From: an uncultured Verrucomicrobiae bacterium
Lineage (GTDB): Bacteria; Verrucomicrobiota; Verrucomicrobiia; Verrucomicrobiales; Akkermansiaceae
DNA: 64,000 bases
Reading direction: 5' to 3'
Assembly (NCBI GenBank): GCA_937957985.1
Contig: CALGOH010000223.1
Span: 4,756-68,755, forward strand
Positions 20,976 to 30,133 of the stretch are shown here, one piece after another. The position numbers and the translations under genes were made by a program. Below the pieces are notes generated by a model. That model did no database searches and was not told the origin of the DNA. It saw only the letters and a list, made by a program, of their open reading frames with translations. The first letter of the stretch is position 1. The number at the start of each line of letters is the position of its first letter.

Positions 20976-21731
20976 ATGTGTTGCTTCAGCCAGCCCGTCC
21001 TCTTCGTCAATTCGACCCGGATCTTCGCCCGGATGTCGGAGCCGGCCCGCCAGGCGCTGGCTTACCAGATGAACTTCGGATCCAAGGAGGACATGGCGAT
21101 GATCCTGCCGCTCCCCGTGCCGCCCGGTAGCGGCGAGGACGCGCTCAGGTTCATCAATCTGGAGGGCTACAAGGAGTTCTTCGAGGATCTCGACAGCGGA
21201 TTCCCTCGTCCAGAATCACTCAGTCGTGGAAACGTCGTGCCAACGGACGCGGTCGATGCGGAGCCCCTGAAGGTCGAGCAGGTCGGTGCCTTTGAAGCCT
21301 CCTTCGTTCCCACCGCCGCCGACTTCGACCGCCTCGACCCGCGCTTCAGCATCCGCAAGGACATATGGGACCAGATCCCGGTCTATTCCGACTATGGTTT
21401 CGCCGTCTTCAAGCTGCGAAAGGGCGAGCACGAGGCCCATCCGATGGCCTTCACCTTTCCCACCAGGCATCCCGACAAGCTTTTCTTTCCCACCGTCCAC
21501 ATCCACGACGGAAAGGTGCATGAGAAGGAGGACTTCGATCACGAACTCTACTGCCAGGTCAACCGGGCGGGGCTCTTCGCGCTGACCCGCTGGGAGGAAA
21601 GCCCGGGCACCGCCGGCAGTTTCTCCAAGCCGGAGAAATCAAAACAGCTCCTCATCAAGGACAAGCACGTCCACCGCCGCCGGATGCGAGGCACGTTCAA
21701 GAACGAGGACGTGTTTCTCGACACCGCCTGA
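20976..21731 (+). CDS. Conserved-looking hypothetical protein
   Basis: Only the 3' two-thirds of ORF 20619..21731 is credible, because the 5' part runs through the inverted-repeat element. Candidate starts are ATG 20976 or ATG 21033 (MSEPARQALAYQMNFGSKEDMAMILPLPVP...). No family assigned. Confidence 0.5.
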   Translation: MCCFSQPVLFVNSTRIFARMSEPARQALAYQMNFGSKEDMAMILPLPVPPGSGEDALRFINLEGYKEFFEDLDSGFPRPESLSRGNVVPTDAVDAEPLKVEQVGAFEASFVPTAADFDRLDPRFSIRKDIWDQIPVYSDYGFAVFKLRKGEHEAHPMAFTFPTRHPDKLFFPTVHIHDGKVHEKEDFDHELYCQVNRAGLFALTRWEESPGTAGSFSKPEKSKQLLIKDKHVHRRRMRGTFKNEDVFLDTA

Positions 21732-21733
21732 GG

Positions 21734-24421
21734 CTACTCTCCGGCCCGCACCCGGGCGAACACGCGTTCCTCTCCGGACGGCAGCGGAAACACCAGCTCC
21801 GCCTCCTGCCCCTCCACCGTCGTCGAGTGGTCCCAGCTCGCGAGATCGTCGCACCACTCGATGGTGTAGATCACGCCCTCGGCTCCGGGAAAGCGCAGTT
21901 CGGAACCCCAAACCCCGGTCGTCACGCGAAGGGCAAACCTCGACGCCGCATCCAGCGGGTCGGTTCCGAAGGCGAGTTCGTCATCGTCGGACAATCCGTC
22001 ATTGTCGTCGTCGGGATCGACGTCGTCGGCGAGACCGTCGCCATCCGTGTCCTCGACGAAGACCAGGCTCACGCCATTGATCGCCAGGCCTTGTGAAGGC
22101 GCGCCCGGAAGCGAGATCGTCTGGCTGGCGTTCAGTGAACCCGGGCTGTGCGGCACGCCGTAGTCAAAGCGCACCCAGGTGAAATCCGAAGGACTCGTTC
22201 CACTCCCGGTCCGCCCCAGCGCCCGCTCTCCAACCGGGGTGCTGGTTGATCCTTGAAACACGCCGACATCCACCGAGGTCATGCCAACAGCCGGACCTCC
22301 GAGCGCGGTGAAGCTCCCCCGGTATGAGATGAACTCCGCAACCGTTCCGTCCACCACCAGTGCAAAGCCCTCCGGTTCACCGGAGCCTCCGTTCTGAATA
22401 TCTTCGATCTCCTTTGAAAAGATCCGGTGCCCGGAAAGGGTGGGCTCACCCCCGACGAAGCCCGCCAGGTCATGAACCACGCCATACGGAGTGCCGCTGC
22501 TCCCGTTGTAGAGGTGCAGCTCGACCGCGGAAAGCTCTCCGGCGAACCCGGGACCGACGACCACCTCCACGAATTCGCCCTCGTCGGTGCTGTTGTTGTC
22601 ATAGTGGAACTCGTTGATGAACACATCCTCCGGCAGCGGAGCGGAATCGGGTCCGGGAACGAATTCGAAGCGAAGGATGAAATCCCCACCCGGAGGAATC
22701 GACAGGCCTTGGATCCGGGCGGACCGCTGGGTGGGCATGCCTCCCGCCACGGGTCCGTCGGGAAGATCCGTGCGGGCTTCGAAGGTCAGCAGCGGGATCG
22801 GAACGACTCCCGCGCCGGTCTCCAGTTCGACCTCGATCCGGTCGGCGGCACCACCAAAGGAGGATCGCCACTGCTCGGCCTCGTAAGACACGTCGAGGAT
22901 GGTCAGGGGCACCGCGGTGGCGTTGGTGCAGGTCGTTTCCAGGACCATGCCCGAGCCATCGCTGACAAACCCGACGGCATCCTCGCCCCCCGCGCCGTAG
23001 GCTCTCGCACCCGGAGACGCCGAACTTCCGTCGTCGGCCCCCAGCCACGGCACGCCGCCGCCCGACCACGGCGCGGGATCGTGTGCGCCGCCGAAGCCAT
23101 CGAAGTGCTCGACGATCACCCCGCCGGGTTGGGAAATGGCGTAACCGGCGTCAGCGTCGAGCAACTGCACCTCGACCTCGGCCGGGGCATAGCCGGTTGC
23201 CGTCGCGGTGAAGGTGACCGTGCGCGTCCCGTCGAAGAGGAAGTTCCGTGAAGTCGAAACCGCGGTGGAGGACGTCGTTCCGCCCATCGGGATCGAAACG
23301 CTCGCATCCACCGGCACCGCCGCCGTGTCGTCCGAGGAAAACATCACCGTCACCGCATCCGCGGCGGGTTCGGCGAGCGTGACGGTCAGTGTCAGGCTTC
23401 CGTCCGGGCCGCCCTCCGAAATGCTCGCGGCGGAGGCGGCGAGCGCGAGGTTGAAGGGGTCCTGATCGAGCTGGAAATCCCCGAAGACCGCGAAGTGGTC
23501 CGACGCGTCGGCACTGGTGCCGGCCGCCAGCGGCGATCCGGATTTCGGCAGGCCATCGCCATTCGAGACATCCAGCACCGAGTTGTAGATCTCCGTCGCG
23601 TGGGGGCGTCCGGCCAGCCCGGGCGACACCATGATCAGGTCGAGCGTCTGGCCGAAGTCGTAGGTCGCGTCGTCGCCGTCGAGCTGACGCGGATCGAGCA
23701 AGGTCGGCATCGGGCTGCCGAAGTACGACAGCATGTTCGTCGAGTAGCTGACCGGGAAGCCGACGTCGCTTCCGAGCACGTAGCTTCCCGGCAACCCGGA
23801 CGGCAGCTCGTCGAAGCTGCGGTCGATCCCCGAGGGATTGAAGTCGCCGAGGATGATGAAGTTGTCCGACGCACCGAACCCCGACGTGGACAAGTGCGCC
23901 GCCAGCCGCCGCATCTCGATCGCCCGGCGGAAGCGGTCCCTCGTCAGCGTCCCCGACTTGAGATGCGCCGAGATCAGCAGCGGATCATTGTCCGTACCCG
24001 GCACGTCCACGACCACCGCGGGGCTGTGACGCGAGATCTCCTTCGCTCCGGGCGGAGACAAGATCGAGGTGGTGGAAACGAAAGGGTAGCGCGACAGGAA
24101 CGCGACCCTCAGGCTGGTGTCGAAGTTCCCCGAGTTGCTCCCCTCGAACCGGTAGGGCAAACCGAGCAAGGTCCCGAGCGCGTCGAGGTCGCCCTCGTTG
24201 ATGTCCGAGGTGTGGACCTCCTGCAGCGCCACCACGTCGGCATCGATGCGGGCGAGGATCGCGGCGACGCTGTCGAAGTCGACCGTGCCCGGCGCATCGA
24301 GCGCGTAGTCGGGCCAGCCGTCCTCGTTGCGATGGGTCTCGATGTTGAAGGTCGCCACACGCAGCGGCACCGCCATCACGGCGGTGGCCAGCAAAAGGAT
24401 CACGACAGCCGGACGCAGCAT
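21734..24421 (-). CDS. Large secreted multidomain endonuclease/exonuclease/phosphatase (EEP) family protein with lamin-tail-like and TSP3-type Ca-binding repeats
   Basis: Start at ATG 24421 (MLRPAVVILLLATAVMA signal). EEP motifs VATFNIETH...ADVVALQEVH...SDHFAV. An LTD-like INEFHYDNNSTDEGEFVEVV. C-terminal DTDGDGLADDVDPDDDNDGLSDDDE. Confidence 0.75.
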   Translation of the reverse strand: MLRPAVVILLLATAVMAVPLRVATFNIETHRNEDGWPDYALDAPGTVDFDSVAAILARIDADVVALQEVHTSDINEGDLDALGTLLGLPYRFEGSNSGNFDTSLRVAFLSRYPFVSTTSILSPPGAKEISRHSPAVVVDVPGTDNDPLLISAHLKSGTLTRDRFRRAIEMRRLAAHLSTSGFGASDNFIILGDFNPSGIDRSFDELPSGLPGSYVLGSDVGFPVSYSTNMLSYFGSPMPTLLDPRQLDGDDATYDFGQTLDLIMVSPGLAGRPHATEIYNSVLDVSNGDGLPKSGSPLAAGTSADASDHFAVFGDFQLDQDPFNLALAASAASISEGGPDGSLTLTVTLAEPAADAVTVMFSSDDTAAVPVDASVSIPMGGTTSSTAVSTSRNFLFDGTRTVTFTATATGYAPAEVEVQLLDADAGYAISQPGGVIVEHFDGFGGAHDPAPWSGGGVPWLGADDGSSASPGARAYGAGGEDAVGFVSDGSGMVLETTCTNATAVPLTILDVSYEAEQWRSSFGGAADRIEVELETGAGVVPIPLLTFEARTDLPDGPVAGGMPTQRSARIQGLSIPPGGDFILRFEFVPGPDSAPLPEDVFINEFHYDNNSTDEGEFVEVVVGPGFAGELSAVELHLYNGSSGTPYGVVHDLAGFVGGEPTLSGHRIFSKEIEDIQNGGSGEPEGFALVVDGTVAEFISYRGSFTALGGPAVGMTSVDVGVFQGSTSTPVGERALGRTGSGTSPSDFTWVRFDYGVPHSPGSLNASQTISLPGAPSQGLAINGVSLVFVEDTDGDGLADDVDPDDDNDGLSDDDELAFGTDPLDAASRFALRVTTGVWGSELRFPGAEGVIYTIEWCDDLASWDHSTTVEGQEAELVFPLPSGEERVFARVRAGE

Positions 24422-24503
24422 CGCGCGTGCATAGACCCGGCCGCGTTCGCTGTCGATCCAACTGGGGCGAAAAAGACGCCACTCCGCGCGAGTATGCTCG
24501 CCC

Positions 24504-25910
24504 ATGCCGCTTCGTCTCCTTGCCGCCGTCATGTCCCTGATCGGCCTGCCCGCCCTGGCCGCCGACCGGCCCAACGTCCTGCTGATCTGCGTCGACGACC
24601 TCCGGCCCGAGCTCGGCTGTTACGGAGTCGATTACATCAGATCACCGAACATCGACCGACTGGCGGACGAGGGTGTGCTTTTCCGAAACCACTACGTCCA
24701 GGCACCCACCTGCGGAGCCTCGCGCTACACCCTGCTCACCGGCACCTACGACCGGAACAACGGCGGAAACGGCGCACTCTTCGCTCGGGCGAATCGCCTC
24801 AAGGAGCCGCCCGCGCAGCCCTCCCTGCCACGATTCTTCCGCGATCAGGGCTACGTCACCGTCTCGATCGGCAAGGTCAGCCACCATCCCGGCGGCCGCG
24901 GCGGACCGGACTGGGATGAGCCGTCGAAACCCGAGATGCCCGGGGCCTGGAGCCGCCATCTCCAACCGACGGGAGCATGGAAGCATCCGCGCGGCGTCAT
25001 GCACGGGCTCGCCCACGGCGAAATCCGGAACCGGGCCGGCGACATGGCCGTCTATCAGGCCGAGCCGGGCACCGACGACATCTACCCGGACGGCCTCACC
25101 ACCGAGACCGCATTGGGTCAGCTCGAGCATTTGAAGCAGTCCGGCAAGCCCTTCTTCCTCGCCGTCGGCATCATCCGTCCGCACCTCCCCTTCGGCGCGC
25201 CGAAGAAGTACCTCGATCTCTACGAAGGCATCGACCTGCCGCCCATCCCCCACCCCGACAAGCCCGCGGGCAAGACCACCTGGCACGGCTCCGGCGAGTT
25301 CATGAAATACAAGCGCTGGGGAAAGGATCCGCGCAAGGACGGCGACTTCGCCACCGAGGTGCGCCGCCACTACGCCGCCTGCGTGAGCTACGCCGACGCC
25401 CAGGTCGGTCGATTGCTCGACCGGCTCGAAACCCTCGTCCTCGAAGACGACACGCTCGTCGTCCTGTGGGGCGACCACGGCTGGCACCTCGGCGAGCACG
25501 CGGTGTGGGGCAAGCACACGCTTTTCGAGGAATCGCTCCGGTCGCCGCTCATCATCCGCGCGCCCGGAATGAAGAATCCCGGGGCCGCCCCCTCGGCCAT
25601 CGTCGAAACCCTCGACGTCTATCCCACGCTCTGCGAACTCGCCGGACTCGAGGGGCCCGGATTTCTCGACGGCGAAAGCCTCGTCCCGCTGATGAAGGAC
25701 CCCGGCAGGACCGGCGGCACGGCCATCGCCTACCACAACCGCGCCACCACCATCCGCACCGACGACCACCGCCTGATCATCCACCGCGACGGCACCGCCG
25801 AACTCTACGATCACCGGTCCGCGGAGGGCGAGACCAAGAACATCGCCGGAGAAAAGCCCGAGGTGGTCGCGGAGTTGCGCGAGCAGATCGACGGGCGCCT
25901 GAAGCGCTGA
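24504..25910 (+). CDS. Sulfatase (iduronate-2-sulfatase-like)
   Basis: Signal peptide, [18 protein letters not shown], and an active-site-like [14 protein letters not shown] (C-x-A-x-R variant of CxPxR). Also [15 protein letters not shown]. Confidence 0.85.
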   Translation: MPLRLLAAVMSLIGLPALAADRPNVLLICVDDLRPELGCYGVDYIRSPNIDRLADEGVLFRNHYVQAPTCGASRYTLLTGTYDRNNGGNGALFARANRLKEPPAQPSLPRFFRDQGYVTVSIGKVSHHPGGRGGPDWDEPSKPEMPGAWSRHLQPTGAWKHPRGVMHGLAHGEIRNRAGDMAVYQAEPGTDDIYPDGLTTETALGQLEHLKQSGKPFFLAVGIIRPHLPFGAPKKYLDLYEGIDLPPIPHPDKPAGKTTWHGSGEFMKYKRWGKDPRKDGDFATEVRRHYAACVSYADAQVGRLLDRLETLVLEDDTLVVLWGDHGWHLGEHAVWGKHTLFEESLRSPLIIRAPGMKNPGAAPSAIVETLDVYPTLCELAGLEGPGFLDGESLVPLMKDPGRTGGTAIAYHNRATTIRTDDHRLIIHRDGTAELYDHRSAEGETKNIAGEKPEVVAELREQIDGRLKR

Positions 25911-25920
25911 AGGAAAAGAG

Positions 25921-26310
25921 CGGCCGCTCCCCTGTAAGCCGGATTCTGTTCCCCCCGCCTTTGCGGGGTTCGACGATCATTTCTCTATGCGACTAATACC
26001 CGGGGATTCGACGGGCGGGCGACCCTTCCCCTGTTCTGTCTTGCACCGCGCGGGGTTTGCCGTGCCACCGTCGTTGCCTCCGGCGCGGTGGGCTCTTACC
26101 CCACCTTTTCACCCTTACCCAGCCCCACTTTTGCGATGAAGGTCTTCATCGCAAAAGTGGGGCTGGGCGGTTTGTTTTCTGCTGCACTTTCCGTCCGGGC
26201 TCCTCGCGGAGACCCGTCCCCCGTTTTCACGAGGCACGCTGCCCTGTGGTGTCCGGACTTTCCTCTGCCGGATTCCGAAGAAGCCGACAGCGATCGCCCG
26301 GGGAGCGGCG
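25921..26310 (-). ncRNA. rnpB: RNase P RNA, bacterial type A
   Basis: The reverse strand contains GAGGAAAGTCCGGAC, GCAGCAGAAAACAAACCGCC, GGTAAGGGTGAAAAGGTGGGGTAAGAGCCCACCG, GGCAAACCCCGCGCGGTGCAAGACAGAACAGGGGAAGG and ACAGAATCCGGCTTACAGG. P1 pairing is GCCGCTCCCC (5') with GGGGAGCGGC (3'). The ends are approximate. Confidence 0.9.
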
Positions 26311-26496
26311 CGGGAGCTTCGCTCCGGAAGTTCAGAGTTCCAAGTGCCAAGTTCCGGGGAGCGAAGTTGCTCGCCCGCCATTGGAGGCAGCGCGCCCCCG
26401 CGCTGCGACCGTCACGGCGGACCCCACCCTGGCAACCAAACGGCACCCCGCCAGCAGCCTCACCTCCGCGGGACGGGGGCGCCCCGCCTCCAAGCC

Positions 26497-27042
26497 TCAG
26501 CCGACCCACCAGATGTCGATGAACAGCCACGCGATCATGATCACGCCGATGATCACCTTCACCACGAGGTTGGCGAGCGTCCCCACCGCCGAGCCGACGC
26601 CGGAGATCACCGCGGGCTTCGTTTCCTGCTTCGCAAAGATCGCCTCGAAGGCATAGGCGCCCACCAATGGCCCCACGAGCAGTCCGAAAGGCATGAAGAA
26701 CATGCCGGCGATGCCGCCGACAATGGCCCCGGCGGCGCCCCATTTCGTGCCCCCGAACCACTTCGCGCCCGCCGCCCCGCTGAAGAAGTCGAAGGCCTGG
26801 CCGATCGCCAGCAACAGGCCCAGCACCACAAAGGTCCACCATTCCGCCCCCGAGTCCCGCTCAAGCAGCCACCCGAGGGTCAGCCGGTGGGACACGGCGG
26901 CGAGGAAGATCATCAGGTGCCCGGGAATGACCGGAATGAAACATCCGGCGAAGCCGATCACGACCAGACTGACGGTGACGACCCACGCGCCGCCGACGCT
27001 GAGCCCGTACCATCCGCCCCATTCACTGATCGCTTCCCACAC
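26497..27042 (-). CDS. DUF456-family membrane protein
   Basis: Polytopic protein with FIPVIPGHLMIFLAAV and FFSGAAGAKWFGGTKWGAAGAIVGGIAGMFFMPFGLLVGPLVGA. The start is uncertain (GTG 27042 or the ORF-track start at 27087). Confidence 0.65.
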   Translation of the reverse strand: MWEAISEWGGWYGLSVGGAWVVTVSLVVIGFAGCFIPVIPGHLMIFLAAVSHRLTLGWLLERDSGAEWWTFVVLGLLLAIGQAFDFFSGAAGAKWFGGTKWGAAGAIVGGIAGMFFMPFGLLVGPLVGAYAFEAIFAKQETKPAVISGVGSAVGTLANLVVKVIIGVIMIAWLFIDIWWVG

Positions 27043-27184
27043 GCCGCAACCGCTAGGCGCTCGACCTCCGGAATGCAACCCCGCCACTCCTCCAATCCGG
27101 TCGGCAGTTTCTACTCAGGATCCGGGCGTTTCCGTCGTAGTCTCCCCCAGCGTGTTCTCCAAGACCCGCCAACTCCTGCGCGGC

Positions 27185-27589
27185 ATGTCCGCTCCCTTCA
27201 GGCTCGCCTGGCTGTTGCTGGTCGCGGGAATGGTCCTGTTTGTCGGCGGCTCGCTCCCGCTCGGCTGGCCGACGTCCTGGGCGGGCGTGGCCTGCCTTGT
27301 TCTGGGCATCCTCGTCACCGCGCTTTCGTCCCGCGACCGCGACGACCCCCGCTCGACCGATGGCGCGTTCCGCGGCGGGGTGTTCGTCTCGATGCTGCTC
27401 ACCCCGACCGTGGTCTTGTTGATCTTTGCCGTGCTGATCGGATTCTGCGGGCTGATCGTCGGACTGATCGCGGGATTCGGGGCTCAACTCCTTCTCGTCT
27501 GCATCCGCATGCTGCTGATGGCCATGGTTGTTAGTTTCGTGACCGGCATCCCCGCGTACGCCAGCCTTCCGCGGCGCACCCATTCCTGA
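27185..27589 (+). CDS. Hypothetical polytopic membrane protein
   Basis: From ATG 27185 the product starts MSAPFRLAWLLLVAGMVLFVGG and has four hydrophobic segments. Only the 3' half of ORF 26693..27589 is credible. Confidence 0.45.
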   Translation: MSAPFRLAWLLLVAGMVLFVGGSLPLGWPTSWAGVACLVLGILVTALSSRDRDDPRSTDGAFRGGVFVSMLLTPTVVLLIFAVLIGFCGLIVGLIAGFGAQLLLVCIRMLLMAMVVSFVTGIPAYASLPRRTHS

Positions 27590-27593
27590 ACGC

Positions 27594-28259
27594 ATGTCGC
27601 ATCACCCCGAGATCTGGAAAACCGTCCGCTGGCTCGCCCTGCTGGCCGCGGTCGTGCTGCTCGCCTTCTTCGGTCTCCGCAGCATCAACAAGGCGGTCGG
27701 CGGCACCACCTCCGGGCTTGAACGCGGCCTCGACAAGGTGCTCGGCGCGCTGACGAATTCCGACACGCGGATCGTGGAGGGCCGGGCCGAGGTGGTCTCG
27801 CGCAACGAGATCAGCGAGCTTTCCCTGCTGGAACTCCGGATGTCCGCAACCCGCAGCTACGAGAACGAGGCGTTCATCCTGAAATACCTTTCCGCCGGCA
27901 CCAAGAAGCTGATCATCCGCGGCGACTACCGGGTGACCGCCGGCTACCGGCTCGAGCCGGGCGTGTCGCTGCAGGTCGAGGACGGCGTGCCGGTCGCCCG
28001 CTTTCCCGAGCCCGCCATCCTCGGCGTCGAACTGATCGACTTCGAGGTGCTCAGCGAAAAGGACGGATGGTGGAATGGTGTCACCGCCGCCGACCGGGCC
28101 ACGTTGCTGCGGGAACTGCGCCAGCAGATGCGCATGGAGGCGACCAAGAGCGGCGCTCTCGACCTCGTCGACAGCACCCTGCGTTCGCGGTTGAAGGATC
28201 TCGTCGGCACGGCGGACGTGCGCGTCGAGCGACCGGCCAAGGACACCGCAGCACCCTGA
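27594..28259 (+). CDS. DUF4230-family protein
   Basis: N-terminal anchor, then EISELSLLELRMSATRSYENE...KKLIIRGDYRVTAGYRLE...FPEPAILGVEL, which resembles the DUF4230 pattern. Confidence 0.6.
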   Translation: MSHHPEIWKTVRWLALLAAVVLLAFFGLRSINKAVGGTTSGLERGLDKVLGALTNSDTRIVEGRAEVVSRNEISELSLLELRMSATRSYENEAFILKYLSAGTKKLIIRGDYRVTAGYRLEPGVSLQVEDGVPVARFPEPAILGVELIDFEVLSEKDGWWNGVTAADRATLLRELRQQMRMEATKSGALDLVDSTLRSRLKDLVGTADVRVERPAKDTAAP

Positions 28260-28312
28260 CGCTACCACACGAAGTTGATAGCTCGGCCCGGCCGGCACCG
28301 TTGAAGGCCGAC

Positions 28313-29857
28313 ATGCTCCGTTGCTTGCTTTTCCTGGCCACCGTCGCCTCTTCGCTCGCCGCCGCGACGCCGAACGTCGTCGTGATCCTCGCCGACGACA
28401 TGGGCGTCGGCGACGTCTCCCACAACGGCGGCAAGGCATCCACCCCCCACCTCGACCGCCTTGCGAAGGAAGGCATGCGTTTCACCGACGCCCACAGTGC
28501 CTCCTCGGTCTGCACGCCGACGCGCTACGCGCTGGTCACCGGCCGCTACAACTGGCGCTCGCCTCTCAAGAACGGCGTGCTCTGGGGTCCCAGCGAGGCC
28601 TTGATCCGGAACGGGGAAACAACCATCGCCGCATTTCTCGGAAAGCACGGATACCAGTCGTCGGTCATCGGCAAATGGCACCTCGGTCTCGGCTGGGCGA
28701 AGCTCGATGAGAAGGCGCAAGCCGCCGAGGGTCCGACCAGGGGCGTCGGCTGGGACATCGACTTCGGCAAGCCCGTGGCCAACGGCCCGACCGCGCTCGG
28801 TTTCAGCGAGGACTTCCTTTTCCCCGCCTCGCTCGACATGGCGCCCTACGTCTATCTGCGCGACGACGAGGTGATCGAGCAGCCGACCATTTCCAACGCA
28901 CTCCATCCCGGACGCTGGGGCCCGGCGGTCAAGGGCATGGAGGCCGCGCAGTGCCTCGGTGACTTCGCGCGCGAGGCCCGGGCGTTCATCGGTCGGGCGA
29001 ATGAGATGGAGAAGCCGTTCTTCCTCTACCTGCCCCTCACCTCGCCCCACACCCCCATCGCGCCGTCGGAGGCCTTCAAGGGTAGATCCGACCTCGGCCC
29101 CTACGGCGATTTCCTGATGGAGACCGACTGGGTCGTCGGCGAAGTGCTGGCCGAGCTTGACGACCGCCAGCTCGCCGAAGACACGCTGATCGTCTTCACC
29201 ACCGACAACGGCTGCTCGCCGGCCGCCGGCATCCCCAAGCTCGAGGCCAAGGGACACTTCCCGAACGGCAAGCTCCGCGGCCACAAGGCGGACATCTACG
29301 AGGGCGGCCACCGCGTTCCATTCCTCGTCCGCTGGCCCGGCAAGGTGGCTGCCGGAGCGGTCAGCGACCGCACGATCTGCCAGACGGACATCTTCGCCAC
29401 CGTCGCCGCCGCACTCGACCAGCCCCTCGGTGAAACCGCCGCTCCGGATTCGGTTTCCTTCCTTCCGACCCTGACCGGTGAGGCGCAGGACCCGCGCCCG
29501 GCGACCGTTCACCATTCCATCAACGGCTCCTTCGCCATTCGCAAGGGCCCGTGGAAACTGTGTCTCTGCCCCGGATCGGGAGGATGGTCCGAGCCCAAGC
29601 CGAAGCAGGCCTGGAACGACAAGAAGCTGCCTCGCGTCCAGCTTTTCAACCTCGCCGACGATCCCGGAGAAACGAAGAACCTGGAAAGCGAACATCCCGA
29701 CAAGGTCGACGAGTTGATCGGGGAACTCGTCGCGCTCATCGAGCGCGGTCGCACCAGCACCGGACCGAGCCAGCCAAACAACGGCGAGATTCCTTTCCAC
29801 AAGGAGTTGCTCACCAAATTTCCCGTCCTCGCCGAATCCCCTGCGATCGAGCACTGA
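28313..29857 (+). CDS. Arylsulfatase A-family sulfatase
   Basis: Start at ATG 28313 (MLRCLLFLATVASSLAA signal). NVVVILADDMGVGD, active site SSVCTPTRYALVTGRY, TTDNGC and GHKADIYEGGHRVPF. Confidence 0.88.
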   Translation: MLRCLLFLATVASSLAAATPNVVVILADDMGVGDVSHNGGKASTPHLDRLAKEGMRFTDAHSASSVCTPTRYALVTGRYNWRSPLKNGVLWGPSEALIRNGETTIAAFLGKHGYQSSVIGKWHLGLGWAKLDEKAQAAEGPTRGVGWDIDFGKPVANGPTALGFSEDFLFPASLDMAPYVYLRDDEVIEQPTISNALHPGRWGPAVKGMEAAQCLGDFAREARAFIGRANEMEKPFFLYLPLTSPHTPIAPSEAFKGRSDLGPYGDFLMETDWVVGEVLAELDDRQLAEDTLIVFTTDNGCSPAAGIPKLEAKGHFPNGKLRGHKADIYEGGHRVPFLVRWPGKVAAGAVSDRTICQTDIFATVAAALDQPLGETAAPDSVSFLPTLTGEAQDPRPATVHHSINGSFAIRKGPWKLCLCPGSGGWSEPKPKQAWNDKKLPRVQLFNLADDPGETKNLESEHPDKVDELIGELVALIERGRTSTGPSQPNNGEIPFHKELLTKFPVLAESPAIEH

Positions 29858-30133
29858 AAAGGTCCGCCATAGGAGTAGGTAGTTCCTCCTTCAGGAGGTC
29901 CCGCGCCGGTCGAGCAAAGTCGGACAAGGCACAACTTCAGCGTGCCCATGGGCCTCCGGATCGACCAACCGCTGAGAGCCATTCCCCGCCGGAAGAATGG
30001 TCGCGCGTTTCGCATCCACGACCGGGACGGTCGTGCCACTGGAAGGCCTGGATGACCTTTCTCAAAATATAGATCCCCGATCTTCCAAAGATACGTGGTC
30101 AACAACCCCTCGCGTCCGTGAACCTGACACGAC

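Noticed and set aside
26057-26842. ORFs 26057..26656(+), 26088..26522(+), 26096..26842(-) and 26115..26381(-).
   Set aside because: They overlap the RNase P RNA gene, whose conserved ribozyme motifs explain the region. The translations are featureless.
29509-30105. ORF 29509..30105(-), and the 29858-30133 spacer considered as a murG remnant or a known small RNA (SRP RNA, 6S, tmRNA).
   Set aside because: The translation has no MurG or other motifs and overlaps the sulfatase 3' end. No SRP, tmRNA or 6S signature sequences were found. The spacer is reported only as unassigned.
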